Below the pieces are notes generated by a model that was given only the letters and a program-made list of their open reading frames with translations, had not been told where the DNA came from and searched no databases. A stretch of DNA of 64,000 nucleotides. Source: Takakia lepidozioides (taxonomy: Eukaryota > Plantae > Bryophyta). The stretch covers positions 42,904,001 through 42,968,000 of the forward strand of contig CM060732.1 of NCBI GenBank assembly GCA_030704615.1, written 5' to 3'. The translations under genes and the position numbers were made by a program. Below are positions 13,434 through 26,423 of the stretch, piece by piece (within the stretch, counting starts at the first letter, position 1; each line of letters opens with the position of its first letter).

Positions 13434-13590
13434 ATGACTGAAATGTCTGGAACTGTCATCCTCTACCAAGGAAACAGCGGAACATGACTGAAATGTCTGG
13501 AACTGTCATCCTCTACCAGGGAAACAGCGGAACATGACTGAAATGTCTGGAACTGTCATCCTCTACCAAGGAAACAGCGGAACATGACTG
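13434..13590 (+). repeat. Tandem repeat, 3 x 50 bp, ending on the ATG at 13584
   Basis: atgactgaaatgtctggaactgtcatcctctacca(a/g)ggaaacagcggaac at 13434, 13484 and 13534. Confidence 0.95.
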
Positions 13591-16336
13591 CTGTGTGCAG
13601 AGTCTTCGATATGACTGCTGCACGGAGGGTGCAACGATCTCTCACCTATGCGAACCGGCTGCCTCTCTGCTATGCGTCTGCTGGGGTCTTACGGCATGCC
13701 TTGTTCATTCCTCTGTCTCCAGAAAACCGCTGGGTTTTCCATAATGATCCAACATATACAGATTTTAAACATGACCTCACAATGGAGGTTTTATGGATGC
13801 CTCCTCAAGTGGAGGCAGAGGGTCGATCTCAATCTGGTGGTGATCCTATGTCTGAGACGCAGCATGGGATTTCAAGCCGAGGATGCAACGGGTATTGTTC
13901 TGTGGGTGGTGATGTAAAGGGTTCAGTTTTGAGTATATTGAGTTGCCACAGTTGAATTTCAAATATGATGACTGCAATAGGATTGTAACCCTGTCAAAAC
14001 TGGCTGAAACGTCCGTCCTCATGAGCAGAAATATGTTTTGACGTATGGAGAAGCTTTGAACCAAAACTGGTAACTACGAGTCTTGACTCATGCAGGATGG
14101 CAGTGTGTATCAGGGACAAATGTATGTTGGACAGCAGACTGGTGACTGGGGTAGCAGCTCCCCGATCGCTACAACTTTTAAAAGGCGGCCAAGAGAGGGA
14201 GTCAACAAGATGTTTTGTGACACACGTGGGGATGTAAGGGCACTGTGTAAGGAGGGGAGACTCAAGGATGCGCTGCACATCCTAGACCAACGAGGTGTTC
14301 GGGCAGACTCCAATACCTATGTCTCTCTATTGCAGGGTTGCATCAGTATGAAAGCTCTGGCAGAGGGAAGGCAGGTGCATTCCCTCATTATCCAAAGTGT
14401 ATTCAAGCCAAACATCTTCTTAATCAACACCCTAGTCAATATGTATGCCAAATGCGGGAGCTTGAAGGATGCGCGGCAATTGTTTGACAAAATGGAGAAA
14501 CGAGATGTGGTGTCATGGAATGCAATGATGGCAGGATATATCAAGCATGGGCATGCCCAGGAGGCTCTCAATATCTATGAGCTAATGCAACGGGAAGATG
14601 CGATTCCCAGCAGGGTCACGTTCATTTGCCTCCTAAATGCTTGTGCCAGTCTAGGTGCCTTGCTTAAGGGCAAGCAGGTCCATTCCGACATCATCAAAGC
14701 TGGAATTCCATCTTTTATTAATATGGAAACAGCTCTTGTTGACATGTATGCTAAATGTGGGAGTATGAATGATGCCCATGAAGTATTCAATAAAATGGCT
14801 ATACGAAATGCGATCTCTTGGACTGCAATGATTGCAGGATACGCTCGGCATGGGCATGGTGAAGAGGCTCTGAAAATGTATGAGCAGATGCAACAAGAAG
14901 GGGTGACACCAGACAGGGTCACGTTCATTTGCGTTCTCAATGCCTGTGCCAGCCTCAGAGCCCTGGAAATGGGCAAGCGGGTCCATGCAGATCTCATCAA
15001 AGCTGGGATTGTGTCACACATTGTTTTGGAGACAACTCTTGTAGACGTGTATGCCAAATGTGGGAGCCTAAAGGATGCACGGGAAGTGTTCGACAAAATG
15101 GTTTCCCGAAATGTGGTGTCATGGAACGCAATGATTGCTGGATATGCTCAAGATGGGCATAGTGAAGCTCTCAAAATGTATAAGGAAATGCAACAGGAGG
15201 GGTTCACGCCTGACAGGGTTACATTCATTTGTGTTCTCAATGCATGTGCCAACCTCGGAGCTCTGGAAAAGGGCAAGCAGGTCCATGCTGACATTATCAA
15301 TTCTGGCATTGCTGCATTTATTAATCTGGACAACACCCTTGTGGACATGTATGCCAAATGTGGGAGCGTGGAGGATGCGCGTCAAGTGTTTGAAAAAATG
15401 TCCACACGAGATGTGGTCTCATGGAATGCAATGATTGCTGGATATGCTCAGCATGGGTGTGGTAGGGAGGCCCTCAAACTATTTAAACAAATGCTAAAGC
15501 AAGGCTTGAAACCAAGCACAATTACCTTCACTTCGGTTATCTCTGCCTGTGGTCATGTGGGCTTAGTGAATGAAGGCTGTCAGTATTTTGATTCGATGAG
15601 TGAACATCATGGCCTCACACCTACTCTGGGTCAATATGGTTGCATGGTGGACCTTCTTGGCCGTGCAGGGCAGTTGGGTGAGGCTGAGGACTTCATTGAC
15701 AGAATGCCTATTGAACCAGATGTGTCAGTGTGGGGGGCATTGCTTGGTGCCTGCAGAATCCATGGCAATGTGGAGGTAGCAGAACGTGCTGCAAAAGGCA
15801 TTCTCAAGAGGGATCCACAGCATCCTGGAGCTTATGTGCTCCTCTCAAACATCTATGCTGCAGCTGGCAGGTGGGCTGATAAAGCAAAGGTGAGAAAAGT
15901 GATGGAAGACAGAGGTGTCAGAAAGGAGCCAGGTCACAGCTGCATTGAGGTCAACAAGCTGGTGCATACATTTGTTGTGGAAGATAAACTACATCCACAA
16001 ATACAGGAAATACATGCTGAGCTGAAGAGATTGTCCAAGGAGATGAAGGCCTCTGGGTATGTGCCTGACACACGCTTTGTATTGCATGATGTGGAGGAGG
16101 AGCAAAAGGAATTTTCTCTTTGCCACCACAGTGAAAAGTTGGCCATTGCTTTTGGGCTTATCAGCACACCCCCTGGGACGCCTATCTATATTATCAAGAA
16201 CCTCAGGGTCTGTGGGGACTGCCACACTGCCACCAAGTTCATCTCAAAGATTGTTGGACGAGCAGTTGTCGTACGGGATGCCAACCGCTTTCACCACTTT
16301 GGAGATGGGACTTGTTCTTGCGGGGATTATTGGTGA
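13584..16336 (+). CDS. PLS-class PPR protein with E1/E2/DYW cytidine deaminase domain (organellar C-to-U editing factor); probable first exon ~13584-13913 with transit-peptide-like N-terminus and a PDF-like motif
   Basis: ORF 14090-16336 has 14 P/L/S motifs, a PG box (KEPGHSCIEV), HHSEKLA, CGDCH and a terminal DYW. The upstream exon is inferred from a phase-0 donor gat|gtaaag (13914) and acceptor tcatgcag| (14095); other splice choices are possible. Confidence 0.92.
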
Positions 16337-18468
16337 AGCAAGCAATATGCATGAAGGAATGTTACCCAAAATGTGAAGAACAGGTCTACTTAGTTGTTAC
16401 TAATGCAAGCAATTGGGGGGATTTGAAAGAAACAACTTCTGGTCACTAATTTGCGACCGTCACTAGTCACTACCACAATTTGGGTGAGCTGGCTCTCTAT
16501 ACAACACAATGTCTTCTTGGCTTCTGACATGTTCGGGTCCTTGCACACGTCTGTCTAGTTTTGTCCAGACCTTGTCTTGATCCACCGTCTTCGTGAAGAG
16601 AATCCGGATCTTGTTCTTCTCAGACTTTGATTCTTACTTCTAAAGCATCTTTTGCACATCATGATTTTGATAGGAAGAGTCAGAAATATGCTCCTGTACT
16701 GAGCACTTGCGGGGGGCTGGATGGCAGATACAACATCTAGATGTTCTCGCAGCCAGTTGCATGACGAGTGCACGACCAACCAACAGTAGAGTTTGAGAAA
16801 GCCACATACTCTCATGCCTCGCCAGCATTGGCCGAGCAGGGGTGCAGTACATGGGACATATTAATAATCACAAAGAACTAGCATGGAGGTGGTACTTTTA
16901 ACCTCTGTGCGGAAGGCCAAGAGCTCAATTGGCATGATCTTACCCAACCATGGGGATGACTTCTAGGGAGCACCCACTGTCCAAAATTGGGTGGGCTGAT
17001 TCACCACCTGACTGGTGTGCTAAGAAGCAAGCACTAGGCTCACGTTAATAAAAGATGCAGTCATGGGAGACATCCTCCCACCTCTCGACTGAGGTTCTGG
17101 TAATTACCCTCCTCTCTCTTTCTTCGTCATCAGCTATGTGGACCATCAGGCACCATCAGGCACGGTCTGCAGTGCGCACACATACTCGGGGGGAGCGGAT
17201 TTCTGGACGATTGTCTGGGTTGGTGACACGCCAGCCCAGATACTCCTTGATGAAAGCAGGGTTTGGTGTAACAGTAAAAAATGGCGCACACATCTTTGAG
17301 TGGTTTGTTTTTCCTAGTCAACACCCCCCGCACCATTTTCCTTCTTGTTTCTGTGGTTAGAGGAAAGATTTATTGCAGGAGGGGGAAATAGGACCCTATT
17401 AGTCATACACACTAGTGATTGTTTGTTACCAACAAATTCAAAATCTGATACCGATAAAGCATCTGACTGATGAACAGATCCATGTGGATGAAGTTCGTCC
17501 AAAGCAGGTTAAGATTGATTGAAAAGTAAAGGAAGATTTCACATCATTGTTGATCTTCATTGTGGTCCTGGCTTCCAAAGGGGCAACACTGAACGTAGAA
17601 AACAGTCTAGAATGGAATTCACAGGCTCATCATGTTGTTCACCGCCAAAATTTAAGAATTTTTGGGCAAGTTTTTGGGGACCTCCTTCTCAGAGATCTAC
17701 AAGGTGTTCTCTGAACAAATTTTGGGCATCTACTCGTGACCCTTTTCATTAAAAAGAATGTTGTTCTGCTGTGAAAAGGTTGCATATTCAGTTGGGAACT
17801 TGGGAAATCCATGCAAGAGAACTCCAATTTCACTTGAGCCCTCCGTTTGTGGGCATCGACCACCAATAACCCGGGTCACCTCACCTCTCACACCTTACCC
17901 AGAGTCTTTCTCATGCAGTTTCATGGATCTTCGACTATGAGCAGCCATAACTTTGTTCCCCCTTTGGCCAATGATTCCTTGTCCAAGTGTTGGTAAAGAT
18001 CTCAATCTGGATTACAATCTTCCTGTTGGCGGCTCTTCAATCGGACCTGGATTCGGGAAGTTACGGCTTCTCGAAAAAAAGGGTGAATAAGAGAAACCTG
18101 CTTCAGTCACTAATTACTATAGTTTCGTTGTGACAGAATTCTTACGACTCAACGTATGCCTTAAAAGTTAGTTTCTTCTCTATTTGTCATGGTTGAGGAT
18201 TTGTATTTCTGGCATTTATATTTTGCTCCCTTTAGTAAACACAAAATTGCTTTATATGGATAGAGTGTAATATAAATGGATTCTCTCTCTTTTCTCAGAA
18301 GTAGATTCTTGTACAAATGATAAAGCAGTTCAAAAAATGACGGCACCACAGGGGGTCTGACTTGAGCTTCTAAATGTGAAATCCCAACAGCACAGCACCA
18401 ATATGTAAGTTAGAGCCCTTCTGGTCATTATAGAACTTCCCAAAGGAAATCTACGGAGATATATAGTG

Positions 18469-19126
18469 GGAAGATAATAGGAATAATGTAAGAACTTACC
18501 TATGACAGGATGGTTCGCTGGTTTTCGGCATGTCAAATCTTCCCCACCCTCTCTTGAGAGTGACATGGAACTGAAGGAGTGTCAACGTGTCAACTCCAGT
18601 TGGGGTTACACGACGAGGTGTGTAACTCCACTCGGGGTTACATCAGGTTACACGATTGGGGTCTGTAACTCCACTCGGGGTTACATCAGGTTACACGATT
18701 GGGGTCTGTAACTCCACCCGGGGTTACATCAGGTTACACAATTGGGGTCTGTAACTCCACCCGGGGTTACGCAGAATGGAGTGTAACTCCAGTGGGTGTA
18801 ACCCACACTTGATCTCCAAATTTGACTAAGTCCAAATGTGTATAAAATGGACTAACCAGAGTTACATGAGAAACCGGGGTTACAGAGGGTTACACCAATT
18901 GGAGGGTTACATCGACCAGGGTTACACTACAAGAGCCTCCCATCAAGAATTGAACCCTGAACCTCGCCGCCTGCAATGCTATCACCTTACTGTCACGCTA
19001 CCACAGCTTGCAAGCCTCTCAGATTCTTAAGTGTTTATAATAGTGAAACTGAGGTAAGAGGGGGTGGGGAGGAATTGACAGGGGTCTCGAGTACATTAAG
19101 TTCTTACATTATTCCTATTGTCTTCC
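18469..19126. mobile_element. Non-autonomous Mutator-like element (658 bp)
   Basis: 30-bp TIRs ggaagataataggaataatgtaagaactta / taagttcttacattattcctattgtcttcc (29/30 match). 9-bp TSD tatatagtg at 18460-18468 and 19127-19135. Internal GGGTTACA/TGTAAC repeats at 18600-18925. Confidence 0.9.
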
Positions 19127-19324
19127 TATATAGTGGGGGTTAATGAACACAACAAAATAAGAAATAACAAGAGTCTCTTACAAATTGATTGTCATCAATG
19201 TAGGTATATTACTTACACCCAAGAATCAATATACATACATCAATCCTTGCAGTGTCTCACACACTTTCTCACACACTTCCATACAATCGAGTCTGAGTCA
19301 CGCATGCAAGAGGGTGTGGCAAAG

Positions 19325-22300
19325 CTAGCAGCTGGAGCCTCCATTCCCAACTCTGTATTCACCTATGCCCAGCAAATCCTGCACCCACTCCCAATTACAC
19401 TTTATTAGTTGTAGTCATGGATCTCATGACAGTCCAGAATCAGGTGATGCTTGAGATTTCCGCTTAAGCTCTTAAACAGCATAGGTGATGATTGATGAGA
19501 CACTTGACTGAAGTGGATGACTGATGTCAGCATCTTCCCCCCAGCTGTCTTCCCCCACGCAAACCCTCTCTCCACCCACCTAGTGCCCTTTCCTCCTCCC
19601 TTCTTGAATAGGATACCCAAATCAGTGGTAGCTACATCAATGTTGAAGTCAGAAGTTCACCTGGCAAGCCCGATTCTTTGCCCTTGTCTCTGCTGTGGTG
19701 GGGATGTCATGGTTTGGCTTCGAGAATCGTTTCTCCCCCCGATCACAGGAGCCCCACCCATCAGAAAACCTGCCTGACCTGCATATGGGAGCATTGACAA
19801 AGTTAAATCCCTGAACAAACTACCAAAATTTATTACAAGAACTGTGATGTGCTCTCTAGCTCCATGCCTTACACTTCATGACTTGGCAACTATTTCTGAT
19901 TAACAGGAAAGAGATGAATTATATTACCAAGAAATGGAATGCGAAATGATGCTGGTCTTCGACAAGGCATCAGGCATCAGGAAGTGCAATTTCACTTGAC
20001 AGTGAGAGGAGAAAAAACAAAGGGGGTTAGGATCAGCATTGAGTCGCAAGGGGATGAATGGAGTACTTACAGCATGCTAGCACGGACCACAAACTCTGCA
20101 CGAGTGACATTGGAATGGGGATCAAACTGGATGTTCTTATCTTTGATTTCGAACGAAATATTGAAATAGAAGCCAATCTTACGCCATCCTGGTAAATTCC
20201 CAACCATCAAATGTCAAAGCTGAAAAACTCTGTTAAACTCTGTTACAGAAGATGATTCAAACAGGTGAAGATGAAAAGTTGGCTGCATATTTTAAAAGCT
20301 GCCAGAAGATATTAGCCACTTGCTTCAGCTTCCTGTGATTCACTGGCAAAAGAAACATGATTGGCTCTGAAAGAAACTGACAAATTCAAACCTGACTTCT
20401 TGATGAAAGGCTTCCCCTGCATCATCATGTAGTCCCCTGGCACTAGTATCTGGCCCCCAGGACACAACCCCAGAGACAACAAATGATCTGTTCATACAAA
20501 CTATGTGCTCTCCCATTCTTAATTAAATCTACAATTGATTTGTGTCTCCATAATGCACCATTTCCATAATGTGTTCCTCTGGACTCCATCTCATTGATTA
20601 GGCACCTATGGTCATCCACTGTCTCTCACAATCCTTCAAAGGTGCCTGCTCTCTGGCAGCCAGCCCATGGACATCATTGCTAGAAAATTTGGTGATGGCA
20701 TTGCTGATGTAATTCCAGGTCAAGCCCCATGGTCACCAGAGACCAAGGGCTAGTAAGCCTTACAGACCAACGCAGGTAACTGATTTATGTATCACAGCAA
20801 TTTCCCTGCCAACTACTACAAATCTATGTTATAGATACAAATGATTTTAAATGCTTGCCAGCATTTGGAACCAACAGTGATAGTGCGGGGTGACTTGCCT
20901 CATGCCCAGAACGTGACTGGCAACAAGAGGTCAAAGCACTTCTTTTTCATGAAGCCAAAGCTTGGACCCTTCAAACCCAGCAACAAACCAGCCCAAGGTA
21001 GGGCCAGATGGTTTCAGTCACATGTATGTTGGTTGTAGGTTTGGTACTCATTGGGGATTCCAAAATGGGATGAGATTTACCTGCAGGGCAGCTTCCTGAA
21101 ACTGCTTGAAGACATTGGCTGTTGGCATGGTGGTCATCCATGACCCATTCGCACCAATGTTTGCTACTGCATTCTCTCTGGAATCTGGCCACGTATTCCC
21201 CACGTTTCCTGCAACTATCTCATGTGAGACATGAAGTCGTGAATTCTGTACAGGAATTTCATGGAGGAGATCTCGGCCTGGTGAGGGCCACTGCTGGCCA
21301 ACTGCATGGTTGCCATTGGCAGAAGAGTTGTGACGTTTGCTGCTTGGATGTCCCCAATACTCTTCCTCTGTTTGCAGGTCATCACCCCTTCCGTGCTTCT
21401 CCGGCTGCAATGAAAGTGTTTGAGACTTCAAAAGGGGATATCTAGATAGCGCACACAGATCCCTAAGAGTACTTCTCTTGGCCTATCTGTTCAATAAATT
21501 TTTGTTCAACAACATTTTCACAGCTAATCCAGCATCCATTGCCTCACCCACAAACAATAGTGTCTGGTACGATGGAACATCCCCTGATATGGGACAGCAA
21601 AAACAAGCAAGGTGGATTTTGAAGAGAAAAATGAATTTACATAGTACTTGAGCTCTCATATACATATACTCATCCCCAGTTCTTAGGGCACATGCTTGAC
21701 AGCAATGTGGTGCAGAGCTTCCAAATGATAGAGGACAAGATTCAGGCTGTCCAATTCCATGGCTATGAAGAGAACAGAACCCCGGACTTTGACTACTCGA
21801 TTCTTACTGCAAATAGTACGTTGGTTGCCCATGTATTGGGTGTATCAAAACCGATTCTAGGCTGGGCATTGCTCTACATGACACTTACCATTTCCATCAA
21901 GTTCTTTCAATGGACCCATAAAACAAACAGCACACGCAACATGGGACGCAAAGAACAATATTCCAATTCCATCAGACAACACATCTTGGAAATGAAGAGC
22001 ACAGTGTGCACACGACACTCAGAAGTCAACAAGAGTGTGCGTGAATACCATGCATCTTCGGAAATTCTGCGCCAAAAAAGCACCACGGTGGCAATCTGAG
22101 GATGGTGATGGGCCCGCATTATTCCTATGACTGATTGATTGTCTCCATTGGCACTTCAGGGGACGCGATGGCTGCTCAGAGCGAGAAAATGGCTGTGGAG
22201 AGGGCGGCAGCGTCACCACAGGGATCCTGGGCGGATTTTCCGAGAAACTCCGGGCATGCGGGTTCTCTGAGAAGTTTGTAAGGAGCAGAGGCTCAGGTGG

Positions 22301-22420
22301 CGATGTGTAATTCCTCGATGGTGACTTGTGTCGCCGTCCGTTAGAGCGTGCCTCGGCTGCCAGATCGCAGGCAGCAAAAATTTCAGCGTAGTCATCGTCT
22401 GCAAGTGGCCATTCCGCCAT
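19325..22420 (-). CDS. Conserved uncharacterised plant protein with C-terminal KKSGWRKI...HDIPTTAETRAKNRAC domain
   Basis: In-frame GT-AG exons 21441-21081, 20449-20392, 20188-20071, 19778-19661 and 19378-19325 give FKQFQEAALQ|ILVPGDYMMMQGKPFIKKSG|WRKIGFYFNISFEIKDK..RAEFVVRASML|SGRFSDGWGSCDRGEKRFSKPNHDIPTTAETRAKNRACQ|DLLGIGEYRVGNGGSSC*. The 5' exon boundaries (22420 to ~21670) are uncertain. Confidence 0.85.
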
Positions 22421-23777
22421 GCCTGCCAACCTCGATCACTCATGCAACTCCATCGCACTTCCTTCATTTACCGAAAAGCTTTGGATCGACTCCACAATGG
22501 GATGGAAGGTAACCTTAATCATATGATAGTAGTGGTCTGATGCGGGCAGATTCCAAGAGGGAGGGAGACATAGAGAGGTTGACAGATAGACAACCTAGAA
22601 AGAATCAAACTAGCACACACGCACATGCAAGGATTTCCCGGAAAGGGGCAAATCTACAGGCTACCCAAACAAGCTCAAAATTATACTACAAACATGCATT
22701 GAAAAATGCCCTATGAAATGAAAACATTTAGCTGCATTGGGCAACACTCGTCTTTCTTTTCCGCACTTGAATGCAACCTATGAAACAGAAGCTGCCAAGA
22801 CCGAGCTCCCAATCTCTCTCAAACACACAGACACAGAAAAGAGAGATCCACAACAAAGAGGAGAGATAGAACCATAGTCGAAATGCAACCTAACCACGAT
22901 CTCAATTCGAATATGCAGGCCCGCGAACTTCAGCTCATCGACGCCGTCCATGTGGACATATCTAACGGTCTACTTGAACTTCTCCTCAACTCATCTGTGT
23001 TTTAGCATATGAAATCATGCTTTGGCAAATCTTCTGACTCACAGTAGAAGAAAACATTCCGGAGTCCGTGGATGGTTATACCAATCTCCTCTGACATGTC
23101 TGGCAGGAGCTGAGAGAAGCTTGGATACAATGGCGGATGATGGAGACAAAAATGGATGCTGGCGAAAAATGAAATACATGGGCAGAAAAATGCACTTCGT
23201 AATTTGTGGATCAATTAGGAATGAAGCTGGTCATAATGTTTACAAAGGATTCGATGAGGAGCAGTTAGATATGTGAGCCTTACATTTAAGCCCTGTACAC
23301 TTCATAAGGAATTTTTTGAGTTTTTAGACAGACTGATCCTATCCACTTTAGTTCCAATCACAGCTTTGTTCGACTGCCAAGGGGACGACAGTGTTGAGCA
23401 CAGAGATACATCTCTGGGCCCACTGCTGGCGGGGAGGGAGATGGAGATGGCTTGCCAACATCTGATGCATACTATCAGCAGTAAAACCTGCAATCATGGA
23501 ATCTCTTCAAATAAGTGGGCAATTATATGGTCACCCAGCTTCTCCAGATAGCCAAAACCACCACCAGCACCTGCCACTAGACTACTTTGGCCGCACATTT
23601 TCCCACATTGCCTCTTCTGTGCTTCCCTTATGAATATTACACCATGTAGACTCCGACTCAGTTTAGCCTGGATGCAGCACAATCACTTCCTCCTCCCTCT
23701 TTCAGGTTCCCTCCTCCCCATAACTTTTTGGTGGTCTCCACCAAATGCAGATATTGGATACATGAGGGAACTTGCTC

Positions 23778-26423
23778 TTACTTCGAGACCTTGGAGCACC
23801 GACACCAGAAAGCTACACCACCCCCTCTTCCCTTAGCCACTATGATTTCATCATCTGCATAGAACCAGATGAAGAAGGGATCTGTCTTTCCAGGAATGCG
23901 GTCCTTATCCTCCTTTCTGCCAATATTGATTGCAAATGGCCCCACTGGCCCAATCTTGATATTCACCTTGTCAAAAATAAAGGCCAAGATTCGCTGACTC
24001 ATTGAAATCCGCCCTTCAAACGTAAGAGAGCCGATTGGTCCAAGGTATACCCCATTCTCTATTCTCATTGCCTGTGCCCAAACAGACAGTTCTCAGGGAT
24101 GAGTCAGTGCAGGCCAGTAGCATATGTGATATATGCTCTGACGATAAGAGCACGCTGCAGGGCTAGAGAGAGAACAAGAGAGAAAATGAAACTGTATAGC
24201 ATCTGTGGAGAGAGAGAGAGAGAGAGAGAGACATATTGCTTGCCATCACCCATCCAAGCAGCTTCATGTCAGAGCCTTCTTCTTCATGTGGTTATTTACC
24301 CAAGACCTTCTGCCTTCATTTGGGCCTTTGGCCTCTTTGTGCCTTACTGGCTTCTTGTCTTTGTGTGCCTCCTTGCCATACACGTCATTTCTTGCCTTTA
24401 TGCTTTCTTGGCTTGGCTCAGGTGTCCATGAGAGGTTTCCTGAGATATATTAAGAGGAGGAACAGGCCCATTTCCTATTTAAGAGAAGAAGCACAGATAC
24501 CTCTAGCTAGAGTCATAACAGACAGGAAATTGCATATAACTTCTGAATAAGCTCTTGTTAGTGCCTCTTGCGCCAGCCATAGACTAGCCAGCTCTAATAA
24601 GAGCAGATACAAGCTTTCTCAACATCATGCCGTCATTGAAACTCACCGCTGCATCAAAATTCTGAACAGCTGTTACAGGCAAGTACTGGCCTCCTCCAGG
24701 ACCGCCCTTCAGACCATCTCTCACCTGTAATTGCACATTAATCCAGGCCAAGATGATTAGATGGGGAAATTTTCAATAACAGCAAAATATTTCAGGTACC
24801 AATGTCACTCATCTACCCCAAACAGGGTACTTGGCAGTTGTATATCATCCATGGATCTCTGATAACAGTCACCAATTGCTGTGCAGTGGAAGCCAACCAT
24901 TGAAACTGCAAGGATGACACGTGGCCAGTATCCTCCGTTAGATAACACGTAAAATGTCCCTACAGAACTCAGCCATCCCCTTTTGACATTTGGTTTTGAG
25001 TGCCATGCCACACAGCTGGCTTACCAATTCTTTGCCAGCAGTGAAAACTAGCATCCATGTGCGTCCTGGTGACTCCGTACCACCAAGAGTCTCCAAAAAG
25101 TTACTGGGATTAATCTTAGCCTTCTCTATTGCCCGGATGGCCCCAAACACTTCTGCTGGTGGCACTTTTCGGGTCTTAGCCGCAGTTTTCAGCAGCGCCA
25201 CATACTGCTCAATATCATCAGTGCTTTCTGCAGGTTTTGCATACTCCTCAACTGCAAGAGAAAAATTGCAAGAAGATGGATTTCCATGTCAGTTTCTAAG
25301 GACAAGGTGTCTGGTTGACAATGGCGATCGCATCAATCAAGAATATTATATCTTTGAGACGATATCTACTGTACTGGAGCAACCAACGCTACAAGAGGCA
25401 GAGGGCAAGAAGATTGTAGCAAGCAAAAGAAAGTGACTTCATTGACAATAGGATCGTCAGTCAGGCATCATTAAAGGGATCATCTCAATCCTCCGGCAAA
25501 CCTCCAAATGGGCACCTTGTCACCTGTAAATTCAAATTAAATAAGCTTTACTAGTCACTGAACTGTTGATGTCGAAGCATTGCCAGTAAGGAATATCAGT
25601 AATTGTATACCAGTAGTGTATTTATCTTAGATGGAATTTGCAACAGATCAAAATTCCATGACATGGCCATTATTTACCTTGTTTAACCAGAGATTTTCCA
25701 TCACTAACATCCACACTAAGTTTTGCCTACAACATTGGACTCTGTAAAAGACCTACAGCTGGTCATAATCTATTTATTTGCCACCATGCTCAACGGCTAA
25801 TTTCACTGGCGACGTCGAGTAAACTTTGTTCGTTCCCGGTTAGTCCAATAAGCTAGACTTCATGGTTTGAACACGTGCACCCAGCAAGACAATCTTTCTC
25901 CACATCAACCAGAAATATGATACCAACTGTTTTATGCTTACTTACGATTAGCCAACCAGAGGCAAATTGGAATGGAAACGACTAGTATCCATTCACAATC
26001 AAACCATATATGTGCACTTAGTGCCAGAAAACCTTGATTTTTGTGGGATTTTCGCGGAAAATATCACAAAAATATAGTACTCCCATCCTATTCCGCCCCC
26101 AATCCAGAATTCATGAATGCTGCAAGTGGGTCATGACTACATCGACAGACAGTGCACAGTGGCTCACATTATAAGCAGGGGATCACACCTGCCTCATCTG
26201 TCGCCACCGAGGCCTTGATCTTACTCATAACCCCTCTCCCCCTCCTCGTTTTCCCCGGATCAAATGTAGCCGATAACCCGTGCAGCACTTGTGAGGAATA
26301 AGACATACGGTGCCTCTTCAGGATCCCAGAAAGAGAGGCCGACGAGGTGGGCCATTGTACCTGCTTAGAGCAGGCTGAAATGGTGGCGACGGAGGACCAT
26401 GAGGCAAGCGTTAGAACGTCCAT
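23778..26423 (-). CDS. Plastid-targeted fibrillin-like protein (resembles Arabidopsis At1g18060 family)
   Basis: Exons 26423-26189, 25251-25025, 24724-24647 and 24071-23778 join in frame. Ser/Arg-rich transit peptide; LLKTAAKTRKVP, LGGTESPGRTWMLVFTA, YLPVTAVQNFDAA, IENGVYLGPIGSLTFEG, PFFIWFYADDEIIVAKGRGGG. Confidence 0.88.
24208..24230. repeat. (GA)n microsatellite in an intron
   Basis: Run of gagagaga. Confidence 0.9.

Noticed and set aside
13434-13590. CRISPR-like array
   Set aside because: Head-to-tail repeats with no unique spacers, no cas genes and a eukaryotic context.
15920-16336. U-to-C (DYW:KP-type) editing domain
   Set aside because: It has a PG box, HSEKLA and terminal DYW, which is the canonical C-to-U type.
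16555-17950. Possible gene or LINE remnants downstream of the PPR gene
   Set aside because: No frame could be assigned to a known family by eye.
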